DNA of 64,000 bases from Flavobacteriales bacterium (GTDB taxonomy: Bacteria; Bacteroidota; Bacteroidia; Flavobacteriales_D; JAUILH01), in contig CAXRGQ010000006.1 in the NCBI GenBank assembly GCA_964230215.1, forward strand, positions 174,106 to 238,105, written 5' to 3'. The position numbers and the translations under genes are program-made. The notes below the pieces were generated by a model. That model saw only the letters and a program-made list of their open reading frames with translations, ran no database searches and was not told the DNA's origin. Position 1 is the first letter of the stretch, and each line of letters opens with the position of its first letter. Below are positions 55,985 to 64,000 of this stretch, piece by piece.

Positions 55985-56908
55985 ATGAGGTATCTGAGTG
56001 TTATCGTGTTCCTATTTGTTTCCTCGCTTGTGAGCGGGCAAAACGTCCTACGTCAGGATTTGGTGACAATGGAAGACACACTCAAAAACCAGCTTAAGAG
56101 ATTACGCGCTGCAGAAACCGATGAAGATCGATTTGCCGCTAATGAGTTACTTAAGTCTACGTTAAAAAAGGTGATAGTCGTTAAAGAAGCCTTCACCTAC
56201 CCTTTTGATTCGCTCACAACTATGGGCACTTTAACTAGCCCAGACAATGAGTTCAGATTATTCAATTGGAACATTGAAAACGAAGACGGTACGCATCAAT
56301 ACCATTGTTTTGTTGTGCGCGAAGAACGTGGCGATCTTAATTCATATGTTGAACTTGAAGACAAATCAAGTCAAATGGTATCACAACCCAAAAGCCAAGG
56401 ATTATCCCATGACAATTGGTACGGTGCCTTATACTACAAAATCATCCCTACAAAAAAGGGGGGTAAAAAACTCTACACGCTTTTGGCTATAGACCCCAAT
56501 AACAGAATGTCATGTAAAAAAGTGATAGAAGTAATGTATTTTGCAGGTAAACGTATTAAGTTTGGTTATCCTATTATTCGCGATAAAAATGGCACTTACA
56601 AACGTTACTTTTTAGAATACCAAGCTGGGCAATACGTGGGGCTAAAACATCACACTCAGAAAGTAAAAAAGGAGGAAGTTGAATACATAGTCTTCGATCA
56701 TTTATCACCAAAAGCAGAGCAATTAGAAGGCATGTACGAATACTATGTAACAGATGGAAGTTATGATGCTTTCGAGCTAGATAGTCGTGGTTATTGGGTT
56801 CTAAAAGAAGACGTTGATCAGCGTAACCCTTCTCAGAAAGGCAAGTTTAATGATCCACTGAAAAACAACTACGATCACGAGGAGAAAAACTTCTTTGACA
56901 ACAAGTAG
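55985..56908 (+). CDS. secreted hypothetical protein, 307 aa
   Basis: Signal peptide. Confidence 0.5.
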   Translation: MRYLSVIVFLFVSSLVSGQNVLRQDLVTMEDTLKNQLKRLRAAETDEDRFAANELLKSTLKKVIVVKEAFTYPFDSLTTMGTLTSPDNEFRLFNWNIENEDGTHQYHCFVVREERGDLNSYVELEDKSSQMVSQPKSQGLSHDNWYGALYYKIIPTKKGGKKLYTLLAIDPNNRMSCKKVIEVMYFAGKRIKFGYPIIRDKNGTYKRYFLEYQAGQYVGLKHHTQKVKKEEVEYIVFDHLSPKAEQLEGMYEYYVTDGSYDAFELDSRGYWVLKEDVDQRNPSQKGKFNDPLKNNYDHEEKNFFDNK

Positions 56909-57008
56909 TTCCTCAATGTTGAGAACTTCACATCATTCTTAAAATATAGGTAAGCTTAGTTTTAAAATAATTGTGACCTTTGTGTCGAATTAAAACTAAA
57001 CTAAGGCT

Positions 57009-58079
57009 ATGGCTAAAATTCACAATTATAGTGCAGGACCGTGCATCTTACCTCAAGAAGTATTCAAAGAAGCATCTCAAGCAGTATTAGACTTTAACGG
57101 ACTCTCAATTCTGGAAATTTCCCACAGAAGTAAGGACTTTGTGGCGGTAATGGAAGAAGCACGTGAGCTAGTGAAAGAAGTATTAAACGTTCCGAGTGGC
57201 TACACCGTTCTATTCCTACAAGGTGGCGCGAGTACAGGATTCTTAATGACCGCATACAACATGATGCGTGATAACAAGAAAGCAGCTTATGTAAATACTG
57301 GAGCGTGGGCTGGCAAAGCCATCAAGGAGGTAAAATATGCTGGTGGTGAAGCAGTAGTTGTAGCAAGCTCTGAAGACAAGAACTTCAACTACATTCCGAA
57401 AGGATATGATATTCCTGCAGATTGTGATTATCTGCACTTAACGAGTAACAACACGATTTTCGGAACTCAATTCAAATCATTCCCTAACAGCAATATTCCC
57501 GTTGTATGCGATATGTCATCGGACATCTTTAGTAAGGCTGTAGACGTTTCTAAATTTGATTTGATTTACGCAGGTGCTCAAAAGAACTTGGGTCCAGCAG
57601 GAACTACTGTGTACATTGTAAAAGAAGATGTATTAGGAAAATCTAGTGTAGAGATTCCGACTATGCTAAACCTAAATACACACTACAAAAAGGATAGTAT
57701 GTTTAATACACCTCCTGTGTTCTCTGTATACGTATCAATGTTGAATTTAAGATGGTTAAAAGCCAATGGAGGAATTGATTGGATTGCAAAAGTAAATAGA
57801 GATAAAGCCGATTTACTTTACAACGAAATTGACAGAAACCCATTGTTTGAAGGGACTGCCGCCAAAGAAGACAGAAGTGATATGAACGTGACATTCGTTC
57901 TTAAAGATGAAGCACACAAAGAAGCCTTCGATCAACTTTGGAATGATGCTAATATTAGCGGAATTAAAGGACACAGATCTGTTGGTGGATATAGAGCATC
58001 TATGTACAATGCCCTTCCGCTTGAGAGCGTACAAGTCTTAGTAGATACAATGAAAGAACTAGAAAACAAAAGAGGATAA
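57009..58079 (+). CDS. serC: phosphoserine aminotransferase
   Basis: 356 aa. Contains YSAGPC, the PLP-lysine region [10 protein letters not shown], and a C-terminal [10 protein letters not shown]. Confidence 0.9.
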   Translation: MAKIHNYSAGPCILPQEVFKEASQAVLDFNGLSILEISHRSKDFVAVMEEARELVKEVLNVPSGYTVLFLQGGASTGFLMTAYNMMRDNKKAAYVNTGAWAGKAIKEVKYAGGEAVVVASSEDKNFNYIPKGYDIPADCDYLHLTSNNTIFGTQFKSFPNSNIPVVCDMSSDIFSKAVDVSKFDLIYAGAQKNLGPAGTTVYIVKEDVLGKSSVEIPTMLNLNTHYKKDSMFNTPPVFSVYVSMLNLRWLKANGGIDWIAKVNRDKADLLYNEIDRNPLFEGTAAKEDRSDMNVTFVLKDEAHKEAFDQLWNDANISGIKGHRSVGGYRASMYNALPLESVQVLVDTMKELENKRG

Positions 58080-59035
58080 TGAAGATTCTAGCAAATGACG
58101 GAATTGCACCAGCTGGTGTAGAATTATTAGAAAAAAACGGCTTCACAGTCGTAACAGAAAAAGTTGAACAAGACGATTTAATTGAGGCCATCAATAATGA
58201 AAATTATGTTGGTTTATTGGTGAGAAGTGCCACCAAAGTTAGACAGAACATCATTGATGCTTGCCCTGGTCTTAAGCTTATAGGTAGAGGCGGTGTAGGT
58301 ATGGACAATATTGACGTTGACTACGCACGATCAAAAGGATTGCATGTGATTAACACCCCAGCTGCTAGCTCACAATCAGTAGCAGAGTTAGTCATGGGAC
58401 AACTTTTCTCGATTTCTCGTGGATTGTATGATGCGTCTTTACACATGCCAAGCAAAGGCGCCAGCGATTTCAAAGTATTGAAGAAGAAGTACGCTAAAGG
58501 TGTTGAATTGAGAGGCAAAACCATTGCTATTGTAGGTTTCGGCCGAATTGGACAGTCGTTAGCTTCATACGCCTTGGGGTGTGGAATGAATGTTATTGCT
58601 GTTGACAGTAATTCGTATACCACGAGTATACCTGTTACGGTAAATGGTCAAACTATTAATGTTGATATTCAAACTACAAGCTCTTTAGATGAGGTGCTTC
58701 CTAAAGCTGACTACATTTCGCTACATGTCCCAAAACAATCAAATGGTGGGGCTGTAATCGGAGCATCTGAACTAAACAAAATGAAAGATGGTGTCAGAAT
58801 CGTAAATGCGGCGCGTGGTGGAGTTATTGATGAAGACGCCATTCTTGCAGCTGTACATTCGGGCAAAGTTGCTGCAGCAGCGTTGGATGTATTCGAAAAT
58901 GAACCGACACCAAGAGAAGACTTATTAAAAGCCAACAACATAGCGACTACTCCACATATTGGAGCAGCAACAGTTGAAGCTCAAGATCGAATTGGAGAAG
59001 AGCTGGCTAATCAAATCATAGAATTACTTAAATAG
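58079..59035 (+). CDS. serA: D-3-phosphoglycerate dehydrogenase (short 2-hydroxyacid dehydrogenase type)
   Basis: NAD fold VGFGRIGQ and catalytic region NAARGG...D...TPHIG. Coupled to serC. Confidence 0.8.
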   Translation: MKILANDGIAPAGVELLEKNGFTVVTEKVEQDDLIEAINNENYVGLLVRSATKVRQNIIDACPGLKLIGRGGVGMDNIDVDYARSKGLHVINTPAASSQSVAELVMGQLFSISRGLYDASLHMPSKGASDFKVLKKKYAKGVELRGKTIAIVGFGRIGQSLASYALGCGMNVIAVDSNSYTTSIPVTVNGQTINVDIQTTSSLDEVLPKADYISLHVPKQSNGGAVIGASELNKMKDGVRIVNAARGGVIDEDAILAAVHSGKVAAAALDVFENEPTPREDLLKANNIATTPHIGAATVEAQDRIGEELANQIIELLK

Positions 59036-59072
59036 AAAGTATTCTTATATTTAAGAACAAAACAGAGTAAGG

Positions 59073-59963
59073 ATGAAAAATATAGCAGTAATTGGAGCAG
59101 GAACTATGGGTAACGGAATTGCACACGTGTTTGCACAGTGCGGTTACCAGGTGAATTTAGTAGATATATCACAAGACTCGCTTGATCGTGCCATAGCAAC
59201 TATTACCAAAAACTTAGATAGACAGATTAAGAAAGAAAAGATCACTGAAGCTGATAAAACGTCTACTTTAGGAAACATCACTTGTGTAACAGACATGTCT
59301 GCAGGTGTTGCTAATGCTGATCTAGTGGTTGAAGCAGCTACAGAAAACGTAGATCTAAAACTTAAAATATTTAAGGATTTAGACAGTATGACAAATGCTG
59401 ACTGCGTTTTAGCTACTAACACATCTTCAATTTCGATTACTAAGATTGCTGCTCAAACCTCTAAGCCAGACAAGGTAATAGGAATGCATTTTATGAACCC
59501 TGTTCCGGTAATGAAATTGGTAGAGGTTATTCGTGGATATGCAACAAGCGACAAGGTATGTAGCGACATTATGGAATTATCAAAGAATCTTGGTAAGGTA
59601 CCTGTTGAAGTAAATGATTACCCTGGTTTCGTTGCAAACAAGATTTTAATGCCAATGATTAATGAGGCGATTATTACACTTCATGAAGGCACTGCAGGCG
59701 TTGAAGAAATTGACACCGTGATGAAATTAGGTATGGCACACCCTATGGGTCCACTTCAACTTGCGGATTTTATTGGATTAGACGTATGCCTATCGATACT
59801 AAGAGTACTGCAAGATGGCTATGGTGATGGTAAGTATGCGCCATGTCCGCTACTCGTAAATATGGTAACCGCTGGGAAACTTGGTATTAAATCAGGTGAA
59901 GGTTTTTACAGCTGGGGACATGGCACAAAAGATTTAATTGTAGCCGATACATTTAAGAAATAA
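59073..59963 (+). CDS. hbd: 3-hydroxybutyryl-CoA / 3-hydroxyacyl-CoA dehydrogenase
   Basis: IGAGTMGNGIA Rossmann motif, HFMNPVP, and a C-terminal dimerisation domain. Confidence 0.85.
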   Translation: MKNIAVIGAGTMGNGIAHVFAQCGYQVNLVDISQDSLDRAIATITKNLDRQIKKEKITEADKTSTLGNITCVTDMSAGVANADLVVEAATENVDLKLKIFKDLDSMTNADCVLATNTSSISITKIAAQTSKPDKVIGMHFMNPVPVMKLVEVIRGYATSDKVCSDIMELSKNLGKVPVEVNDYPGFVANKILMPMINEAIITLHEGTAGVEEIDTVMKLGMAHPMGPLQLADFIGLDVCLSILRVLQDGYGDGKYAPCPLLVNMVTAGKLGIKSGEGFYSWGHGTKDLIVADTFKK

Positions 59964-60682
59964 TGAGAAGAATACTATTCGTTTTAGGAGCAACCCTGTC
60001 AATCTCTTGGCAGGGTTTTTCGCAAGATATAGAGGCCTTGTCCTCAAATGCAATCAAATTGGTTAAAGAAGTTCAATATCACGGAAATCTGGATCAATTT
60101 ATAATGCCTGAGGATGTGTTCAAGTTCTATGCAGAATTCAAGGGTAACCAGTTTACTCAAGAAATGTATGAAGCTTATAAATCAAGTGTGAACAAATACT
60201 TTAAATCTATCTGTTCAACTCACATGGCAGAGAACTTTGAAATAAAGGATTTTACAACATCCAACATTTCAATTAAGGGTAATTCGCGTGATAAAATCTA
60301 TTCAGCAAATATTAATGTTGAGTACTTGTTTAACACAAAAGACAAGACAACTGAACTTACTGATTTACTCTGGATAAAAGGAAAATGGTATGTAAGCGCG
60401 AGTAAAGACATGGGGCTAGCAATGATTGGTCTATCACAGGACAAAATTTGCATGTGCGTTACCATGGAGCAAAAAATGGAGCAGGAATTGGATCAAGCTG
60501 GTAATGATGAAACCCAGATTAAGAAAATAGAAGACAATTATAAAGCTATTGAAAAGGAGTGCAAAGAATTAGGCGATAAGTTTGCTTCTTACTTTGAAGA
60601 ACTCAGCGATAATGAAAAAGAAGAGGTAATATCAACGATTGAGAAATGCATGGAGGAATTACCAAAACTTGAAGAGGAGTAA
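59963..60682 (+). CDS. secreted hypothetical protein with a Cys-containing acidic C-terminus
   Basis: Signal peptide. Paralogous to the next ORF (WYV motif, C-x-C, E/K-rich tail). Confidence 0.5.
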   Translation: MRRILFVLGATLSISWQGFSQDIEALSSNAIKLVKEVQYHGNLDQFIMPEDVFKFYAEFKGNQFTQEMYEAYKSSVNKYFKSICSTHMAENFEIKDFTTSNISIKGNSRDKIYSANINVEYLFNTKDKTTELTDLLWIKGKWYVSASKDMGLAMIGLSQDKICMCVTMEQKMEQELDQAGNDETQIKKIEDNYKAIEKECKELGDKFASYFEELSDNEKEEVISTIEKCMEELPKLEEE

Positions 60683-60685
60683 ATT

Positions 60686-61747
60686 ATGATAATTAGACTG
60701 CGATACATAGTACTAGCATTATTAATTCTTGGTCAGAGCAGAGCAGATGGACAGGATTTTGGTAATACAGAAAAGTTCGGGAAGGCCTTTTTAAAAGCCA
60801 TTCAGAAAGAAAAAAAGGACAAAAAAATCATTTCGTCTCCCAAAGTCTTTCAGGGCATTTTTGATGAAATGTATAATAGCCTCACATCAGATGATGTTGA
60901 GGATAAAGAATTTGCGACAGAATTTGCAGAGCAAATGAAAAAGTTTGATGTAGACTCTTTGCAACAAGAACTGAGCGGTAAGGTAAAAACTAGTATGGCG
61001 GACGTTCGCTCAAAATTAGCAGAGAAGGATATTGAACTAAAATCACTTGAGTATAATTATGTGCAGATAGAACTTGAGGACTTGTATCCATTTGATTTAA
61101 TATCAGGATCTATTACCCTTTTTGCAAAATCTGGTGAGCATGATGTAATTGTGACAGCATACAATTGCATCTATTATGAAGACGATTGGTATGTTGGAGA
61201 TAACATTGAAGTACTTGCTGGTAAGTATGTAAAGTTCTGTAAGTGTTTGGAGCCTGAAAATAATCAGCTGCCAGAATGTGTTGAATTGAAAGACAACTTT
61301 GAATCTGTTTATAAGGCGATGAGCGAAGATGAAAAAACGCGTTTTCAAAACGAGATAGCAGAATGCATGTCATCTGGTTTATACGGTGGTGAAGGAACAG
61401 AAGAAAAAGAAGAGGCCATGGAAGAACCGGTGGATGAATATGGTTATGAAGGTGGAGGCTATGATGGAGAAGCTTATGAAGAAGAAGCCGCTGAGGCAGT
61501 TGAAGACTATGATGACGATGGTTACCCTGAGGAGGATTATAACATATCATCAGATGAAATTAAAGAAATGAGAGCTAAACTAGATAAGCAATTCCCTGAT
61601 TACTGCGAATGTCACGAGAATCACGACGAAGATGAGTGGAGAGAGAAATGTGAAGAATATGGCGTTGCTATTACAACAATGATAAAAGATGCGACAACTG
61701 AGCGAGATTCAGAAATAATACTGAGAGCTATGGCTTGCGAGGATTAA
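60686..61747 (+). CDS. secreted hypothetical protein, paralog with an extended acidic, Cys-rich C-terminus
   Basis: Signal peptide. Contains FCKCLEPENNQLPEC, DYCECHENHDEDEW and an E/Y/D-rich tract. Confidence 0.5.
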   Translation: MIIRLRYIVLALLILGQSRADGQDFGNTEKFGKAFLKAIQKEKKDKKIISSPKVFQGIFDEMYNSLTSDDVEDKEFATEFAEQMKKFDVDSLQQELSGKVKTSMADVRSKLAEKDIELKSLEYNYVQIELEDLYPFDLISGSITLFAKSGEHDVIVTAYNCIYYEDDWYVGDNIEVLAGKYVKFCKCLEPENNQLPECVELKDNFESVYKAMSEDEKTRFQNEIAECMSSGLYGGEGTEEKEEAMEEPVDEYGYEGGGYDGEAYEEEAAEAVEDYDDDGYPEEDYNISSDEIKEMRAKLDKQFPDYCECHENHDEDEWREKCEEYGVAITTMIKDATTERDSEIILRAMACED

Positions 61748-62361
61748 CGCCTCTTCTTTGCCTTACGTTCTTCCTTTGTAACTAATTTAGGCTCAGATGG
61801 AACGCTGATTTTCCCTGAGTCAACGTCTTTCATTACTCGATTAAGCGCCAAGTCTACGTTTGGGTCGAATGTCTGCTTTAAATCAGCACCACCTAATTTG
61901 GCTAAAGACTGCCAATATAGAGCTTTTACGCCCCCTCGATACTTTTTAATAATCTCGTAAGCAGTCATACCTGTTTCGCGGTGAATTAATTTACACAAAA
62001 CATCACCATCGGTTTGACTCATGTCCAAAATGGTTTGTCGAAAATCCTCTTTTAATTGCTTATTCGCTTTTTTAGCATCTCTTTTAGCCGATTTACTTAC
62101 CTCTTCGTCAGTGATGTCTTCGTCTAAAGACGTTAATAAATCAACCGCATAAATAGCGAAAGGGTACATTTTCTTGACCCTGTACCTGTAGTTTCGGTAG
62201 TAACTATCCTTTTCAACTTTCTCCAAATCCTTAAGCACAAATACCCATCCAGTGTCCATATACACCTTTTGGTATTTACTTAAGTCAATATAAGTTGAGT
62301 CATCTTGTGCACTTGACACAGACACGGACAAAACAATCGCTATGAGAAGAAAATACTTCAT
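61744..62361 (-). CDS. secreted conserved hypothetical (DUF4294-like)
   Basis: Signal peptide and a basic C-terminus. Confidence 0.5.
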   Translation of the reverse strand: MKYFLLIAIVLSVSVSSAQDDSTYIDLSKYQKVYMDTGWVFVLKDLEKVEKDSYYRNYRYRVKKMYPFAIYAVDLLTSLDEDITDEEVSKSAKRDAKKANKQLKEDFRQTILDMSQTDGDVLCKLIHRETGMTAYEIIKKYRGGVKALYWQSLAKLGGADLKQTFDPNVDLALNRVMKDVDSGKISVPSEPKLVTKEERKAKKRR

Positions 62362-62400
62362 TCTTCTTCTATTAACGTATTTAAAGGTGAAAAGTTATAT

Positions 62401-63882
62401 CTAGCCCTTTCTATTTGTTACCCAAGCGGAGGTTTTTGATTTTTCTCCCTCGCTTACAGATAACTTGCTTGAGTCTTTTAGTTCGGCAATCATAATAGCT
62501 GCTGCCAATTTTGCCTCTTCTTCATCGAACTTATTAATAACGGTCAAATCAGGCATTTCTTCGGCAACAAAGTTGGTAGTGAACGAACCATTAATAAACT
62601 TCTCCATGCCCATTACATACTTACAGAATTCTAGTGTTGTTGATACCCCACTGATTGTGTAATCGTCAATTGCACGCACCATTCGTTTAATAGCTGCCTC
62701 ACGTGTGTCTGCGTGTACAATGAGTTTGGCAATCATTGGATCGTAATAAACTGGAATTTCATCTCCTTTTTCGTAGCTATCATCTACCCTTACACCGGGT
62801 CCTTTTGGTGCAGAATAATTACTTAATGTTCCTGTTTCAGGTAGGAAGCCAGCGATAACATTCTCTGCATACACGCGTACTTCAAGTGCATGTCCGTTAA
62901 TGCTTAAATCGTCCTGAGTAAAACTTAGTTCATTACCATCTGCAACACTTATCTGTTCTGCCACTAAATCAGTTCCCGTAATCATTTCTGTTACCGGGTG
63001 TTCCACCTGCAGGCGGGTATTCATTTCAAGGAAATAGTAATTTCCATCCTCGTATAAAAATTCAACTGTACCCGCACCAACATAATTACACGATTTAGCA
63101 ATGCGCACTGCACACTCGCCCATGTCTTTTCTTAACTCTGGTGAAATTACAGCACTCGGAGCCTCTTCAATAACTTTTTGATGTCTACGCTGAATACTAC
63201 ACTCTCTTTCGAACAAATACACACAATTTCCATGCATATCTGCCATCACCTGAATTTCGATATGTTTTGGGTTCTGCGCGTACTTTTCGATGAAAACCGC
63301 ACCATCTCCAAAAGCAGATACAGCTTCACTTATCGCTCGTTCCATCTGCTCGGGTAGTTCTTTGGCATTCTGCACAATTCGCATCCCTTTTCCTCCACCA
63401 CCTGCTGAGGCTTTAATCAAAACTGGGTAACCAATTCCCTCTGCAATTTTCAATGCTTCTTCCACTGACTCAACAGCATCATCTGTACCCGGAATCATAG
63501 GAATGTCATACTTTCTGGCGAATTCTTTTGCTGCCAATTTACTTCCCATTAACTCCATGGCATCAGGAGAAGGTCCAATAAATGTGATGCCTTCTTTTTC
63601 TACTCGTCTTCTAAAGTCAGCATTCTCAGACAAGAATCCGTAGCCTGGATGTATCGCATCTGCGCCGTGCTTTTTACACGCATCAATAATTTTATCATGT
63701 ACTAAATAGCTTTCAGCTGCTGTAGTTCCTCCTAAAGCATAAGCTTCATCTGCATAATGAACAAATCGTGCAAATCTATCGGCATCACTATATACGGCCA
63801 CTGTTTTAATTCCCAATTCCTTACACGTCCTCATAACGCGAATGGCAATCTCTCCTCTGTTAGCTATCAGTACTTTTTTCAT
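62401..63882 (-). CDS. accC: biotin carboxylase subunit of acetyl-CoA (acyl-CoA) carboxylase
   Basis: MKKVLIANRGEIAIRV, ATP-grasp GGGGKGMR, and EMNTRLQVEHPVTE. Has a ~45 aa C-terminal extension. Confidence 0.9.
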   Translation of the reverse strand: MKKVLIANRGEIAIRVMRTCKELGIKTVAVYSDADRFARFVHYADEAYALGGTTAAESYLVHDKIIDACKKHGADAIHPGYGFLSENADFRRRVEKEGITFIGPSPDAMELMGSKLAAKEFARKYDIPMIPGTDDAVESVEEALKIAEGIGYPVLIKASAGGGGKGMRIVQNAKELPEQMERAISEAVSAFGDGAVFIEKYAQNPKHIEIQVMADMHGNCVYLFERECSIQRRHQKVIEEAPSAVISPELRKDMGECAVRIAKSCNYVGAGTVEFLYEDGNYYFLEMNTRLQVEHPVTEMITGTDLVAEQISVADGNELSFTQDDLSINGHALEVRVYAENVIAGFLPETGTLSNYSAPKGPGVRVDDSYEKGDEIPVYYDPMIAKLIVHADTREAAIKRMVRAIDDYTISGVSTTLEFCKYVMGMEKFINGSFTTNFVAEEMPDLTVINKFDEEEAKLAAAIMIAELKDSSKLSVSEGEKSKTSAWVTNRKG

Positions 63883-64000
63883 GCCTTAAAGATAAAAAAC
63901 TAAGTGAATTCGGCGTACATTGATTTTTGGGATTAACATAGTTGCTTAACATTCACTTTACATTTACTTAAAATTGTTGTAAATTTGGTTAAACCACATC

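Noticed and set aside
1-64000. Search by eye for CRISPR arrays, rRNA, IS elements, transposases, and tyrosine or serine recombinases.
   Set aside because: None was recognised. No regularly spaced short repeats, no DDE or R..H..R..Y-type ORFs and no rRNA-like segments were seen. Absence of an integrase is a statement about this window only.

Overview
This 64 kb chromosomal window most resembles a marine Bacteroidota (Flavobacteriia-like) genome. That placement is an inference from an S46 dipeptidyl-peptidase, many lipoprotein and TPR genes, TAnnTTTG-type promoter boxes and the absence of Shine-Dalgarno spacing. The flanks (1-27 kb and 42-64 kb) are ordinary core genome. They hold two ECF sigma/anti-sigma modules, a MacB/FtsX-type ABC transporter, a peptidase cluster (S46, C1, PrsW), thioredoxin-fold proteins, a SulP permease, tRNA-His, LPS/polysaccharide genes, serC-serA, hbd and accC. 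The centre (about 27.4-42.3 kb) is an accessory locus that I read as an integron-like gene-cassette array with no integrase in the window. It has five imperfect-palindrome attC-type sites. Four belong to one ~127 bp family reminiscent of Vibrio VCR repeats, and one is an unrelated 67 bp hairpin. These sites separate compact minus-strand ORFs. The boxes flanking individual cassettes are 10-14 nt inverted complements of each other, including a canonical GTTAGGC/GCCTAAC pair. The array abuts two attI-like half-sites, each lying next to a divergently oriented copy of a short ssb gene with a conserved structured leader. The two ssb 'platforms' are ~0.7 kb direct repeats (~96% identical in the core) that bracket ~11.3 kb. 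Cargo includes a C-protein-controlled restriction-modification module with two paralogous nuclease subunits, a HepT/MntA toxin-antitoxin pair, a hipBA-like pair, and a block of small membrane or secreted proteins. All calls come from reading the sequence and the supplied ORF translations. No searches were run.
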